A model generated the notes under the pieces. It was given only the letters and a program-made list of their open reading frames with translations, did not search any database and was not told where the DNA came from. Below are positions 1 through 9,348 of a DNA stretch of 64,000 bases, piece after piece. A program made the translations under genes and the position numbers. Source of the DNA: Bifidobacteriaceae bacterium (GTDB lineage Bacteria; Actinomycetota; Actinomycetes; Actinomycetales; WQXJ01); assembly GCA_031281585.1 (NCBI GenBank), contig JAITFE010000035.1, forward strand, positions 7,183 to 71,182, given 5' to 3'. The first letter of the stretch is position 1. Every line of letters begins with the position of its first letter.

Positions 1-2
1 AA

Positions 3-758
3 ATGTGGGCGGGCAGCACCCCGCTGCCGGTCGCCGAAGGCGGCTACCAGACGTTTGCTCCTTCCCCCATCGCCTTCGGCGAAATGCCCGTCCCCCAAGA
101 ACTCACAACGGGGCAGATCGCGGACCTGGTCGAGGCCTTCGCCGCGGCCGGCGCCCGCGCCGCCAAAGCCGGTTTCGACGTCATCGAAATCCACGGCGCG
201 CACGGCTACCTGCTGCACCAGTTCATGTCGCCCCTGTCGAACCACCGGGCGGACCAATACGGCGGTTCGCTGGAAAACCGCCTCCGCTTCCCGCTCGCGG
301 TGGTGGCGGCGGCAAGGGAGGCGATCGGCGCGGACCGGGCCCTGTTCATGCGCATCTCCGCGACCGACTGGGCCGAGGGCGGCTGGGACCTGGAACAGTC
401 CGTCGAATTGGCGCGCCAGGCCAAAGCGTTGGGGCTGGACCACATCGACGTCTCGACCGGTGGCCTGGTCCCGGACGCGAAGATCCCGGTGGGGCCCGGC
501 TACCAGGCCCCGTTCGCGGAGGCGATCCGCGGGCGCACGGGCCTGAGCGCGAACACGGTGGCGGTCATCGAAACGCCCGTGCAGGCGGAGGCCTTGATCG
601 CAGATGGCGCTGCCGATGCCGTCATGCTGGGCCGCCCCTTCCTCCGCGACCCGCACACGGCCGTCAAGTGGGCCACCGAACTGGGCCTGGAGCCGGCCGC
701 CTGGTCCCCGCCCCAATACGCCACGGCAGGCTGGACCCGCTACTACGCCCCCAAGTAA
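3..758 (+). CDS. NADH:flavin oxidoreductase, Old Yellow Enzyme family (5' end lies outside the window)
   Basis: The ORF runs off the left window edge. The motif block IEIHGAHGYLLHQFMSPLSNHRADQYGGSLENRLRF is typical of OYE-type TIM-barrel flavoenzymes. Confidence 0.85.
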   Translation: MWAGSTPLPVAEGGYQTFAPSPIAFGEMPVPQELTTGQIADLVEAFAAAGARAAKAGFDVIEIHGAHGYLLHQFMSPLSNHRADQYGGSLENRLRFPLAVVAAAREAIGADRALFMRISATDWAEGGWDLEQSVELARQAKALGLDHIDVSTGGLVPDAKIPVGPGYQAPFAEAIRGRTGLSANTVAVIETPVQAEALIADGAADAVMLGRPFLRDPHTAVKWATELGLEPAAWSPPQYATAGWTRYYAPK

Positions 759-760
759 CA

Positions 761-816
761 GAAACGGGGACGGTACCTATTTCCGGCCAGCCGGAAACAG
801 GTACCGTCCCCGTTTC
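761..816. terminator. Long perfect-type hairpin (REP-like element copy 1), probable bidirectional terminator
   Basis: Arms are GAAACGGGGACGGTACCTATTTCCGG and CCGGAAACAGGTACCGTCCCCGTTTC (26 nt, 1 mismatch) with a 4-nt loop. It fills the gap between convergent stops at 758 and 820. The same motif recurs at 22011 and 43337. Confidence 0.6.
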
Positions 817-819
817 CGG

Positions 820-1152
820 CTAGGCGTCGGCGCCTTTGACCTGGGAGGCCGGGTGGGACGACGCGTCCTTGACGGGCTGCAGCTCCGTGATCTCGACCTG
901 TTTGGCCAAGAGCGGCTCCAAGGCCTTGGTCAGCTTGCCCAAGGCCTTGCCCTCGCCGTGCGTGTTGAGCGCGTCGACCGAGGACCATTTCTCGATCAAG
1001 ACGAATCGGTCGGGGGCCTCGTGCAGCGAATAGAGCAGGCAGCCCGGCTCCTGGTAGACGTCGGTCTGGGCGGCTTTGATCACGGCGTGGACCGAGTCAT
1101 GCATGCCTTCGCGCGGGAAAAAGGTGGCGACAACCACCACGGGTTCGGCCAT
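820..1152 (-). CDS. Antibiotic-biosynthesis-monooxygenase (ABM) domain protein
   Basis: MAEPVVVVATFFPREG...LIEKWSS..ALNTH matches the ferredoxin-like ABM pattern. The ATG at 1152 is preceded by AAGGAGG. The longer ORF to 1227 adds only Arg/Gly-rich sequence. Confidence 0.75.
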   Translation of the reverse strand: MAEPVVVVATFFPREGMHDSVHAVIKAAQTDVYQEPGCLLYSLHEAPDRFVLIEKWSSVDALNTHGEGKALGKLTKALEPLLAKQVEITELQPVKDASSHPASQVKGADA

Positions 1153-1242
1153 GATGCCCTCCTTGGGGTGCGAATTCGCGGTTTGTATTCCCCTCAAAGC
1201 TAGTCCGCCCGCGCCGCGACCACACAACCACGCCGGCGTGTC

Positions 1243-3825
1243 TCACACTGCCACGTCGCCGAAACGCGCCAGGCGGAGCGAGTTCGTCACCACGATCACG
1301 GAGCTCAGCGCCATGGCGGCGCCCGCCAGCATGGGGCTGGCCCAGCCGAGCATCGCCAGCGGCAGCATGGCCACGTTGTACGCGAAGGCCCAGAACAGGT
1401 TCTGTTTGATCACGCGCAGCGTGGCGCGCGACAGCCGGATGGCCTCCGGCACCGCGGTCACCCGGTTGCGCATCAGCGTGATGTCGGCCGCGTTGTTGGC
1501 CACATCCGTCCCGGAGCCCATGGCCAACCCCAGGTCAGCCGCCGCGATCGCGGCCGCGTCGTTCACGCCGTCCCCCACCATGGCGACCACCTGGCCGGAC
1601 GCTTGCAGTTCCCGCACCACCCTGACCTTGTCGGCCGGCAGCACCTGGGCCCGCACGTTCGCCGCCGCTATCCCGACCGCCTTCGCCGCCACCAACGCGG
1701 CGCCCCGCGAGTCGCCCGTCACCAGCCACGGCGTCACGGCCAACGCCCGCAATTGCCCGATGCCGTCCCCAGCGTCCGGCTTCGGCTCGTCACGCAGGAG
1801 CAGGACCGCCCGCGCCCGCCCGGCCCAACCCACCATGACGGCGGTGCCGCCCGATTCGGCGGCGGCCTCATAGGCCTCCGCGATCTCGGCGGGCACCGCG
1901 AGGCCCAGACTGATCAGGTATGACGGTTTGCCGACGGCCGCCAGCGCCTCTTCCGCGCCGGCCAGGCGCACCCGCCCTGAGGCGCCCCCGCCGGGTTTCG
2001 AGGCGAAGCCGTTCAATTTGGGCAGGGTCCCGGCCTTGCGCGCCCCGGCCGCCACGGCGACCGCGATCGGATGCTCCGAGGCGGCTTCGACCGCGCCCGC
2101 CACCGCCAGGGCCGTGGGCCTGGCCGCCGCCCGCCCGTCCACGCGCGGCGTCAGCACCTCGACCAACGCCATCTTGCCCTGGGTCACGGTGCCCGTTTTG
2201 TCCAGCACGATGGCCGTGATGCGGCGCGTCGATTCGAGCACCTGGGGGCCTTTGATCAAAACGCCCAGACGCGCGCCGCGTCCGGTGCCCACCAGGATCG
2301 CGGTCGGGGTCGCCAGCCCCAGCGCGCACGGGCAGGCGATGATCAGGACCGCGGACGCGGACATGAAGGCCGCCTGCGGCCCCGCGCCCGCCGCCAACCA
2401 GGCGATCAGCGTGCCCAGCGCCAACACCAGCACCGCCGGCACGAACCAACTGGAGATGCGGTCCGCCAACCGCTGGACCGGGGCTTTGCCGGTTTGCGCC
2501 GCCGCCACAAGGCGGCCGATCGCGGCCAGCCGGGTCTCTTCGCCCACGGCCGTCGCCCGCACGATCAAGGACCCCGACGCGTTGACGGTGGCCCCCGTGA
2601 CCTGGTCGCCGGGATGCACGTCCACCGGCACGGGTTCACCGGTCAACAGCGAGGTGTCCACCGCCGAGTCGCCCTCCATCACGACCCCGTCCGTGGCGAT
2701 CTTCTCGCCCGGACGAACCCTGAACAGCTCCCCGATCCGCAACTCGCCGATCGGCGCGGTCCGCTCCGTGCGGTCGCCCGGCGGGCCTTCGACCAGCGTC
2801 ACCTCCTTGGCGCCCATGTCCAGCAGGTGGCGCAGGGCGTCCCCGGCCCGCTTCTTCGAGTTGAACTCCATCAGCTTCCCGGCCAGCAGAAACACCGTGA
2901 TCACGGCGGCCGATTCAAAGTACAGCTCCGGCATGCCGTGGCGTCCCACCGCCTGGGAGGGGAACAGCGTGAACTCCATGCGCATGCCGATCGCGCCCGC
3001 GCCGCCCAAGGCCAGCGCCCACCAAGACCACAAGGTGGAGACCAGCACGCCCAGCGACACCAGTGTGTCCATGGTGGAGCTCAAATGCCGCGCGGCCCGC
3101 CAAGCCGCCGCGTGGAACGGCCAGGCGCACCAGACCGCCACGACCGTGGCCAGCGGCGCCACCACCCACTGCCAGCCCGGAAACTGGATGGCCGGGATCA
3201 TGGACAACGCCAGCACGGGCGCCGCCAGGATCGCTCCCACCACCAACCGGCTCCGCAACATCTGCTCGCGGTCCTTGCCGGGAGGCGTTTCGACTTCCAT
3301 AGCGTTCATTTGGCCCATCGGGTCTGCCGGCTCCAGCGAGGCGGCCGGCTCCATGCCGTCCGTGGCGCCGGCGGACGCTCCCGGCGTCGGGGACGGCATC
3401 GGCCGCGCCCAAGACCGGTCGGCGTGCGGACCCGGCAACGGTGCCGGGGGCCGCGCGGACGGTGCCGTGCGCTCCCGTTCCAACCGTTCGCCTGCTGGGC
3501 CGGGCACCGCCGAGCCGACCGCCGATGCCGTCTGGTCGCGCCCGCCCGGAGCCGCCGGTCGGGAGCGGGTCGCGGGGCGCAGCAGGCGGGCCGTGTAGCC
3601 GGCGGATTCGACGGCCGCGATGATCGCGCTGGTCGTCAGCGTGTCGGGGCCGGTAACGTGCGCGGTCTCAAGCGGCAGGTTGACGCTGACGGTCGCGCCG
3701 GGCAGCTTGCCGACCTTCTTCTCAATGCGGGCGGCGCAGGAGGCGCAAGTCATGCCGCCAATCGCGAAGTCATAGGCGACGGGGCCGGAACCGTCGAGTC
3801 GGGGCGCCTCGACGTCGGGGCTCAT
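1243..3825 (-). CDS. copA: Copper-translocating P1B-type ATPase
   Basis: It has an N-terminal HMA motif GMTCASC, the CPC transmembrane motif ([13 protein letters not shown]), the DKTGT phosphorylation site and the GDGVNDAAA hinge. The start overlaps the copZ stop by 4 nt. Confidence 0.93.
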   Translation of the reverse strand: MSPDVEAPRLDGSGPVAYDFAIGGMTCASCAARIEKKVGKLPGATVSVNLPLETAHVTGPDTLTTSAIIAAVESAGYTARLLRPATRSRPAAPGGRDQTASAVGSAVPGPAGERLERERTAPSARPPAPLPGPHADRSWARPMPSPTPGASAGATDGMEPAASLEPADPMGQMNAMEVETPPGKDREQMLRSRLVVGAILAAPVLALSMIPAIQFPGWQWVVAPLATVVAVWCAWPFHAAAWRAARHLSSTMDTLVSLGVLVSTLWSWWALALGGAGAIGMRMEFTLFPSQAVGRHGMPELYFESAAVITVFLLAGKLMEFNSKKRAGDALRHLLDMGAKEVTLVEGPPGDRTERTAPIGELRIGELFRVRPGEKIATDGVVMEGDSAVDTSLLTGEPVPVDVHPGDQVTGATVNASGSLIVRATAVGEETRLAAIGRLVAAAQTGKAPVQRLADRISSWFVPAVLVLALGTLIAWLAAGAGPQAAFMSASAVLIIACPCALGLATPTAILVGTGRGARLGVLIKGPQVLESTRRITAIVLDKTGTVTQGKMALVEVLTPRVDGRAAARPTALAVAGAVEAASEHPIAVAVAAGARKAGTLPKLNGFASKPGGGASGRVRLAGAEEALAAVGKPSYLISLGLAVPAEIAEAYEAAAESGGTAVMVGWAGRARAVLLLRDEPKPDAGDGIGQLRALAVTPWLVTGDSRGAALVAAKAVGIAAANVRAQVLPADKVRVVRELQASGQVVAMVGDGVNDAAAIAAADLGLAMGSGTDVANNAADITLMRNRVTAVPEAIRLSRATLRVIKQNLFWAFAYNVAMLPLAMLGWASPMLAGAAMALSSVIVVTNSLRLARFGDVAV

Positions 3826-4037
3826 GGGACCAGCTGATAACCGGCCTCGTCGACGGCGGCGGCGACGGCGGCATGGTCCAAAGGGGCGGCCGAGGTGACG
3901 GACAGGGTCGAGGTCGCGCTGGGCGCCAGGTCGACTTCAACGCCGGTGACCCCGGGCAGCGCGCCGACCTCTTCTTTGACTGCCTTGACGCAATGCTCGC
4001 AGGTCATACCCTCGACCTTGTAGGTGGTGACGGTCAT
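3822..4037 (-). CDS. copZ: Heavy-metal-associated copper chaperone
   Basis: This 71-aa protein has MTCEHC in a [19 protein letters not shown] context. It is translationally coupled to copA. Confidence 0.9.
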   Translation of the reverse strand: MTVTTYKVEGMTCEHCVKAVKEEVGALPGVTGVEVDLAPSATSTLSVTSAAPLDHAAVAAAVDEAGYQLVP

Positions 4038-4095
4038 GATGCCTCTCCTCGTGTCGTTCGCGTCAGCGCTTTCCGCCGCGCCTCAGAAGTCCTGG

Positions 4096-5526
4096 TCAAA
4101 GGTATTCCCCGACCAGTTCCTCAGCCAAGCCCGTGTAAGTCGCCGGGCTGAGCTCCCGCAAACGCAGTGTCACATCCGGCGGCAGGCCAAGGCCGGCCAC
4201 GAACTCGCCGATCTCATCCAGCGACACACGGCGCCCGCGGGTCAGTTCTTTCAACCGCTCGTACGGGTCGTCCATTCCCGGCACGCCGGCTATCGCGGCC
4301 GCCCGCATGGCGGACTGGATCGGTTCGGCCAGGACCTCCGGATTTGCGGCCAAGTCGGCCGCGATCGGCTCCGGGTTCACGTCCAGCCCGTCCAGGCCCC
4401 TGCGGAGGTTGTCGATCGCCAGCAGTGAATGGCCCATCGCCACCCCAATGTTCCGCTGCGTGGTCGAATCGGTCAGGTCGCGCTGCAGGCGGGAGGTCAC
4501 CAACGTGGCGGCCAACGTGTCGAACAGCGCGCCCGAGATTTCCAGGTTCGCCTCGGCGTTCTCAAACCGGATCGGGTTGACCTTGTGGGGCATGGTCGAG
4601 GATCCGACCGTGCCCTGGCCGCGCGCCTGCGCGAAATAACCCAGCGAAATGTACGTCCACATGTCGGTGGCCAGATTGTGGGCGATCCGCCCAAAACGGG
4701 CCAGGTCGGAATACAGCTCGGCCTGCCAATCGTGGGACTCGATTTGCGTGGTCAGCGGATTCCAGGTGAGGCCCAGGCGGTCCTCCACGAACTCGCGGCT
4801 GATTCTTGGCCAGTCGGCGTCCGGGACGGCGGCCGTGTGGGCGCCAAAGGTGCCGCTGGCGCCGTTCAGCTTGCCCAGGTACTCCGCGTTCTCGATCCGC
4901 CCCAACTGGCGGCGCAGCCGCGTCACGGTGACGGCCAACTCCTTGCCCAGCGTGGTCGGCGTGGCCGGCTGCCCATGCGTGCGCGCCAGCATGGCCAGCC
5001 CGGCATGCTCAAGAGCCAGCAGGCTCAGGTCCGTGACCAGCGCGCGGGCGGCTGGCACCCACACGTCCTCCACACCGCCTTGGATAACCCAGGCGTAGCT
5101 CAACGAGTTGACGTCTTCGCTGGTGAGCGCAAAATGAATGACCGGGTTCAAAGCTGGCGTGAGGACCGTGTCCGGGCCCAACACTGCGGCCGCGTCCGCC
5201 AGGCGGCGCTGCAGGAAGTACTCGACCGCCTTGACGTCATGGACCGTTTGCCGCTCAATCCCGGCGAGTTCCGCGATCTCCCCGGGACCGAAGTTCTTGG
5301 GCAGGCTCCGCAGGTAATCGCGGTCGGCTTCGCTAAGGCTGGGGGCGCCGGGAAGCACCTGCTGGTCCAGCAAATAGATGAACCACTCCACCTCGACCAG
5401 GAGCCGGGCCCGGTTGAGCGCCGCCTCGGAGAAGTAGTCGAGCAGCGGGGCGGTGGCCCCGGCGTAGCGCCCGTCCAGGGGGCTGAGAGTCAGGCGGGGC
5501 TCAAGCGCGGCAAAGGAGATTGGCAC
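4096..5526 (-). CDS. purB: Adenylosuccinate lyase
   Basis: The 476-aa protein has the N-terminal LSPLDGRYA motif and fumarate-lyase signature-like blocks (GSSTMPHKVNP). Confidence 0.93.
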   Translation of the reverse strand: MPISFAALEPRLTLSPLDGRYAGATAPLLDYFSEAALNRARLLVEVEWFIYLLDQQVLPGAPSLSEADRDYLRSLPKNFGPGEIAELAGIERQTVHDVKAVEYFLQRRLADAAAVLGPDTVLTPALNPVIHFALTSEDVNSLSYAWVIQGGVEDVWVPAARALVTDLSLLALEHAGLAMLARTHGQPATPTTLGKELAVTVTRLRRQLGRIENAEYLGKLNGASGTFGAHTAAVPDADWPRISREFVEDRLGLTWNPLTTQIESHDWQAELYSDLARFGRIAHNLATDMWTYISLGYFAQARGQGTVGSSTMPHKVNPIRFENAEANLEISGALFDTLAATLVTSRLQRDLTDSTTQRNIGVAMGHSLLAIDNLRRGLDGLDVNPEPIAADLAANPEVLAEPIQSAMRAAAIAGVPGMDDPYERLKELTRGRRVSLDEIGEFVAGLGLPPDVTLRLRELSPATYTGLAEELVGEYL

Positions 5527-5696
5527 GGCCCAAGTTTAGAGGGCCTGCCAAAGGCAGGCCGCCGCGACTGAGCGTGGCGCGGAGGACGGCGCGGCGGGAG
5601 GTGCAGTGTGGCGCCGGGGGAAGGCGCGGCCCGCAGGCCCGTCGGCCTTGAGGCCCGCCAAAGGCGCCGCGTGCGGGCCCGTTTGCCGGGCGAGCC

Positions 5697-6116
5697 CTAC
5701 TTGTCCTTGCCCGCCACGGTGGCCCAAGCCTGCAGGGCCAGGAACGTGCCGCTCAGGAGCAGACCGGGGAGCAAAAAGGCGTCATACACCACGGCGGACT
5801 TCTGCGGGTAGTCCACTATCAGCGCCACGATCAGCGCGATCAGGCCGATAGCGGTCAAGGCGCCGCCAACCGCCAGGAGCAGGATTCCCCAGACGCCGCC
5901 CGCCAAACTGGTGGACTGCCGGGGCTGGGGCGCGTATGGCGCGTAAGGCTGCGGCCCTGTTTGCTGGTACGCCGGTGGCGGGTATGAGCCCTGCGGCTGC
6001 GGTTGGGCCGGCGGCGCGGAAGGCGCCGCCGGAGGAGCCGGGGGCGGCGGCGAATAGTTCTGCGGTTGGGATTGATACTGGGGCTGGTCCGAAGGATTGG
6101 TCATGGCTACCAACAT
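5697..6116 (-). CDS. Hypothetical Pro/Gln-rich membrane protein
   Basis: About 70 aa of PQ/Y-rich N-terminus is followed by two hydrophobic helices (GILLLAVGGALTAIGLIALIVALIV; FLLPGLLLSGTFLALQAW). An alternative ATG lies at 6104. Confidence 0.5.
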   Translation of the reverse strand: MLVAMTNPSDQPQYQSQPQNYSPPPPAPPAAPSAPPAQPQPQGSYPPPAYQQTGPQPYAPYAPQPRQSTSLAGGVWGILLLAVGGALTAIGLIALIVALIVDYPQKSAVVYDAFLLPGLLLSGTFLALQAWATVAGKDK

Positions 6117-6212
6117 ACCCGCTGGTTATGACAGGCGAATGGGCCGGGGCTCTGGGTCGGCTACGTGGACAAAGCGCCCATGCGGCCGGGCGCGCGGTGC
6201 CCGGGGGCGGCG

Positions 6213-7025
6213 TCAAAGATACTCGCGGGCGCGGTCGACCGCCCTTGGCCCGTACGAGCCTCCGAAGAGCGTCGCGTGCACCAGCAACGGGAAAAGCTGA
6301 TGCAGCCCAACCCTTTCGCGCCAGCCGTCCGCCAGCGGCGAGACCTCGTTGTAGGCGTCTAGCACCGTGGCCAGGCCGGCCAGCCCGAACAGCGCCAGCA
6401 TGGCCAGGTCGGTTTCGGCATGGCCGCCGTGCGCGGCCGGATCCACCACCGCGGCGCCCGTCCAGGGCCCCCCGGCGCGTGAGAACGGATCGGTCCAAAT
6501 GATGTTGCCCGTCCACAGGTCCCCGTGCACCCGTGCCGCCGCCGCCGGCTCTAGGAGACCCGGCTGAGGGGCGTCCAAGACGCCGCCGGCCAGTCGCTCG
6601 CCCAGTTGCCCGAACACGGCGAGTCCGCCCGGCGGCAGCGCGCCAAGGCGTTCCGCCGCGCGCGCGTAAGGCGCCACCCGCTCTGAAGCGTAGAACTCGC
6701 CCCATGTCAGGCCGCCTTTGGCGGTGAACGACAAAGGTGCCAGTCCAATGCCGCCGGGACCGGCCCAGCCCGGCGGCGCGGCCCCGAAGTGGGGTGCCCC
6801 GGCCGCATGGGTCCGGGCCAGGGCGCGGCCGAACGCCTCCGCGGCGCCGTCCGCCGGGGGCACCGTCGGCAGATACTCCAACTCGAGGTGGCTGTCGCTG
6901 AACGATTTGACTTGGGGCGTGCGCACACCGCCGGGCGCCTCGCCGAGCCAACCCAGTGCCAACGCCTCAAGCTTGGGCGAACCGGGCTGGCCACGGCGGT
7001 AGGTCTTCTTGAAGGTGCGCGGCAC
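6213..7025 (-). CDS. Fructosamine/ketosamine kinase family phosphotransferase
   Basis: HGDLWTGNIIW and DPAAHGGHAETDLAMLALFG motifs are present. The GTG at 7025 is my predicted start. The ORF upstream to 7157 is Arg-rich and unlikely to be coding. Confidence 0.78.
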   Translation of the reverse strand: MPRTFKKTYRRGQPGSPKLEALALGWLGEAPGGVRTPQVKSFSDSHLELEYLPTVPPADGAAEAFGRALARTHAAGAPHFGAAPPGWAGPGGIGLAPLSFTAKGGLTWGEFYASERVAPYARAAERLGALPPGGLAVFGQLGERLAGGVLDAPQPGLLEPAAAARVHGDLWTGNIIWTDPFSRAGGPWTGAAVVDPAAHGGHAETDLAMLALFGLAGLATVLDAYNEVSPLADGWRERVGLHQLFPLLVHATLFGGSYGPRAVDRAREYL

Positions 7026-7129
7026 CCCTCTATTGTCTCGCGTCTTCGGCGGCGGCCAGTAACCGGGCTGTCCACAGGCTTTTCGTTTCCGGAAGCCGGC
7101 GCGAGATCTTCGCGGCCAGAATCGATGGC

Positions 7130-7423
7130 GTGATTCCAAACGCGGCCTGGCAGCCAACCCCGTGTTCGGGTTGGCACACGCTTGAGTTGTTGGACCGCTA
7201 CCGCTCCGCGCTGGTCGGCGTCGTGGCCGGCCTGCGCCAAGCCGCGCCCCTGATCAACCTGGCCGACCCGGCGGGTTGGCGCTCGCCTGCGGCGGACGCC
7301 TACCTTGAGCGGCTGGAGGACCTGGAGCGGCGGTGCCGCGTCGGGGCGTGTCACGCCGAAGACACGTTGGCGCAGGTGAACGGTTACCGGGCGATGGTCG
7401 CACACCGGATGGGTCTGGCATGA
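7130..7423 (+). CDS. Small helical hypothetical protein, possibly WXG100-like
   Basis: The protein is 97 aa with a central W50-R-S-P-AADAYLERL motif at the midpoint, as in WXG hairpin proteins. Its stop overlaps the next ATG (ATGA at 7420-7423). Confidence 0.4.
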   Translation: MIPNAAWQPTPCSGWHTLELLDRYRSALVGVVAGLRQAAPLINLADPAGWRSPAADAYLERLEDLERRCRVGACHAEDTLAQVNGYRAMVAHRMGLA

Positions 7424-8835
7424 GCGACGGCTCCATCAGCGTCTTCGGCGGTGCCGCGGGCGCCATCTCCTGCCTCCAAGACCTGGACGTCTTGGCTCTG
7501 CGGCTAGATTTGGCCAGGGCCAAAGCCGAAGAGGCCGACGCGGCCTCGCGTGTGGCTTGCGGAGCGAGCAGCCCGTTGCCGCTGACCAACAAGACTTTCG
7601 GAGTGGTTTGCGACCCGATTGAGCAGCAGGCCTACGCCTTGACGGGCGCTGCCCTGGAGGGCTTTTACCGACAGGTCGGCACCGGCCACCTGGTTGAGCA
7701 GTTGGCGGAGCTGTCCCGTCGGGTGCTGGCGGCGCAAACCGCCTACCAGCAGGCGGAGGAAGAGGCGGAGACGATGTTCGCCTCAATCCGCCATCCGGGC
7801 TTCAGCCTGGCCGATTGGATGCTGCCCTGGCCGTTCTCGGTGCTTGGGCGACTGGGCGGCTTGGCCATCAACGTGGCGCTGGACGCCGCCGGCCGTCTGA
7901 TCATCAATGGCGAGCCCCCGTCCTGGGCCGAGCTGCTGCGCTCGCACCATGAGGAGGTGCGCGGGGTCCTGGGTGCCGCCCTAAGCCCAACGCCGCTGTT
8001 CAGGACGCCATCGACCACCGAGGTGACCAGGGGAATCACCGGCGTGGCCACCATGGCCTACGGGCCGGGCCTGGATGTGACCATCACGCGGGGCAAAACC
8101 AAGCGGGACCGTCCGCCAACCGGGGTGGAGAGCCTGATCTGGCGCATCGCCGGCCTGGCGGACAACGACAAGTCCGACAGTCAGATCGGCGTCACCAAGG
8201 TCACCGCCCCCGACGGCTCGGTCAGCTGGCTGGTGTCGGTTCCGGGGACGCAGTCAATGAGCTTGGGTTCCGACCCCAACGCCAGCGACATGGGGACCAA
8301 CGTTCGGGCGGTCCCGGGCGACGTCAACGCCATGGGCTTGGCGGCCGCCGCCGCGATGATCGACGCGGGGATTAAGAAAGGCGAGCCGGTGGTGCTGAGC
8401 GGCCACTCCCAAGGCGGGATTGTGTCCGCGGCTTTGGCCGCCGACCCGGCCTTCGCCGAGCAGTTCTCGGTGGCGGCCGTTCTGACGCTCGGGTCGCCGG
8501 TCTCCCAGTTGAAACACTCCGGCTCGGCCCAATGGCTGTCGCTGGAGCACACCCAGGACATCATTCCCACGCTGTCCGGCGGCGGCAATCCGCGCGGCCC
8601 CAACCAGACCACAATTGTCCGCGACGTCAGCGGGGTCACCGACCCCGCGATTCGGGACGACGACATCCTGTGGGCCCACCATTTGCCGATCTACGCCGAC
8701 ACGGCCAAGCAGGTGGACCAGTCCGGGGACGGTTCGATCGAGGCCTGGCGGGAGGCGGCCAGCCCGGTCTTCGACCCGAAGGCCAAAGTGGAGACCACCG
8801 TCTACCAGGTCAAGCGCGACCTGCCCGCCTCTTGA
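7420..8835 (+). CDS. Alpha/beta hydrolase (putative lipase/esterase) with N-terminal helical domain
   Basis: A GHSQGG nucleophile elbow lies in VVLSGHSQGGIVSAALA, followed by LTLGSPVS. About 200 aa of helical N-terminal region precedes it. It is coupled to the upstream small ORF. Confidence 0.7.
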   Translation: MSDGSISVFGGAAGAISCLQDLDVLALRLDLARAKAEEADAASRVACGASSPLPLTNKTFGVVCDPIEQQAYALTGAALEGFYRQVGTGHLVEQLAELSRRVLAAQTAYQQAEEEAETMFASIRHPGFSLADWMLPWPFSVLGRLGGLAINVALDAAGRLIINGEPPSWAELLRSHHEEVRGVLGAALSPTPLFRTPSTTEVTRGITGVATMAYGPGLDVTITRGKTKRDRPPTGVESLIWRIAGLADNDKSDSQIGVTKVTAPDGSVSWLVSVPGTQSMSLGSDPNASDMGTNVRAVPGDVNAMGLAAAAAMIDAGIKKGEPVVLSGHSQGGIVSAALAADPAFAEQFSVAAVLTLGSPVSQLKHSGSAQWLSLEHTQDIIPTLSGGGNPRGPNQTTIVRDVSGVTDPAIRDDDILWAHHLPIYADTAKQVDQSGDGSIEAWREAASPVFDPKAKVETTVYQVKRDLPAS

Positions 8836-9202
8836 CCGGCGCCGACAGGATCGCGGTGACCAGCGCCAGGATCAGGCCGGCGCCGATCGCCGTCCCGAAC
8901 GAGTCGATTTCAAGGCCAAAGCTGGTCAGCGAGGTTATCCAAGACACCAACTCCAACATGGCGGCGTTCAGAATCAGCGCGAACAGCCCCAGCGTGAGGA
9001 TGTACAGGGGCAGGGACAGCACCTTGAGCAGCGGCTTCACCACCGCGTTGACCACCGCCAAGACAAACCCGATCACCAGGTAGCAGACAACCTGGGCCAG
9101 GATCGACTCGGGGTCTGGCACCAGGCGCATCGAGTCCCAAAGCCCGTCCACGATCCAAAGGCCCACGGCGTTGATGACGATCCGCCACCCGAATGGAACC
9201 AT
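8810..9202 (-). CDS. Phage-holin-family-4 / DUF360-like four-helix membrane protein
   Basis: MVPFGWRIVINAVGLWIV...VVKPLLKVLSLPLYILTLGLFALILNAAML matches the 4-TMS holin superfamily IV pattern. The ATG is at 9202. Confidence 0.68.
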   Translation of the reverse strand: MVPFGWRIVINAVGLWIVDGLWDSMRLVPDPESILAQVVCYLVIGFVLAVVNAVVKPLLKVLSLPLYILTLGLFALILNAAMLELVSWITSLTSFGLEIDSFGTAIGAGLILALVTAILSAPVKRRAGRA

Positions 9203-9348
9203 GGGCCGATCATCCCATCCTTCGCGCCGGCGCGCCGGGCGGGGGCCGTCCGGTTGATAGCTTGAGACCACCAGTCGATCATCCCATTCAGGCGCGGGAC
9301 CCGCGTCGCGGACGCCCGTCCAGCCCCGGCCGTGGAAACATTGAAGGC

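Noticed and set aside
1928-3837. Long plus-strand ORFs (1928..3598, 2071..3837) antisense to copA. The same kind of ORF occurs at 5782..6951-, 19520..20959+, 23936..25426+, 25326..26504-, 28960..30183+, 30200..31852+, 34875..36482+, 35702..36934+, 38400..39326-, 54982..55836+, 56588..57991+ and others.
   Set aside because: These are typical high-GC shadow ORFs. They are Arg/Pro/Gly/Ala-dominated, carry no recognisable motifs, and each fully overlaps a gene with strong family signatures on the other strand or frame.
5541-5560. Hairpin GGCCTGCC-aaa-GGCAGGCC between the PQ-rich membrane protein gene and purB.
   Set aside because: The stem is perfect at 8 bp, but no U-tract follows on the transcribed (minus) strand. 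It lies about 140 nt from the upstream stop. There is not enough evidence to call a terminator or sRNA.
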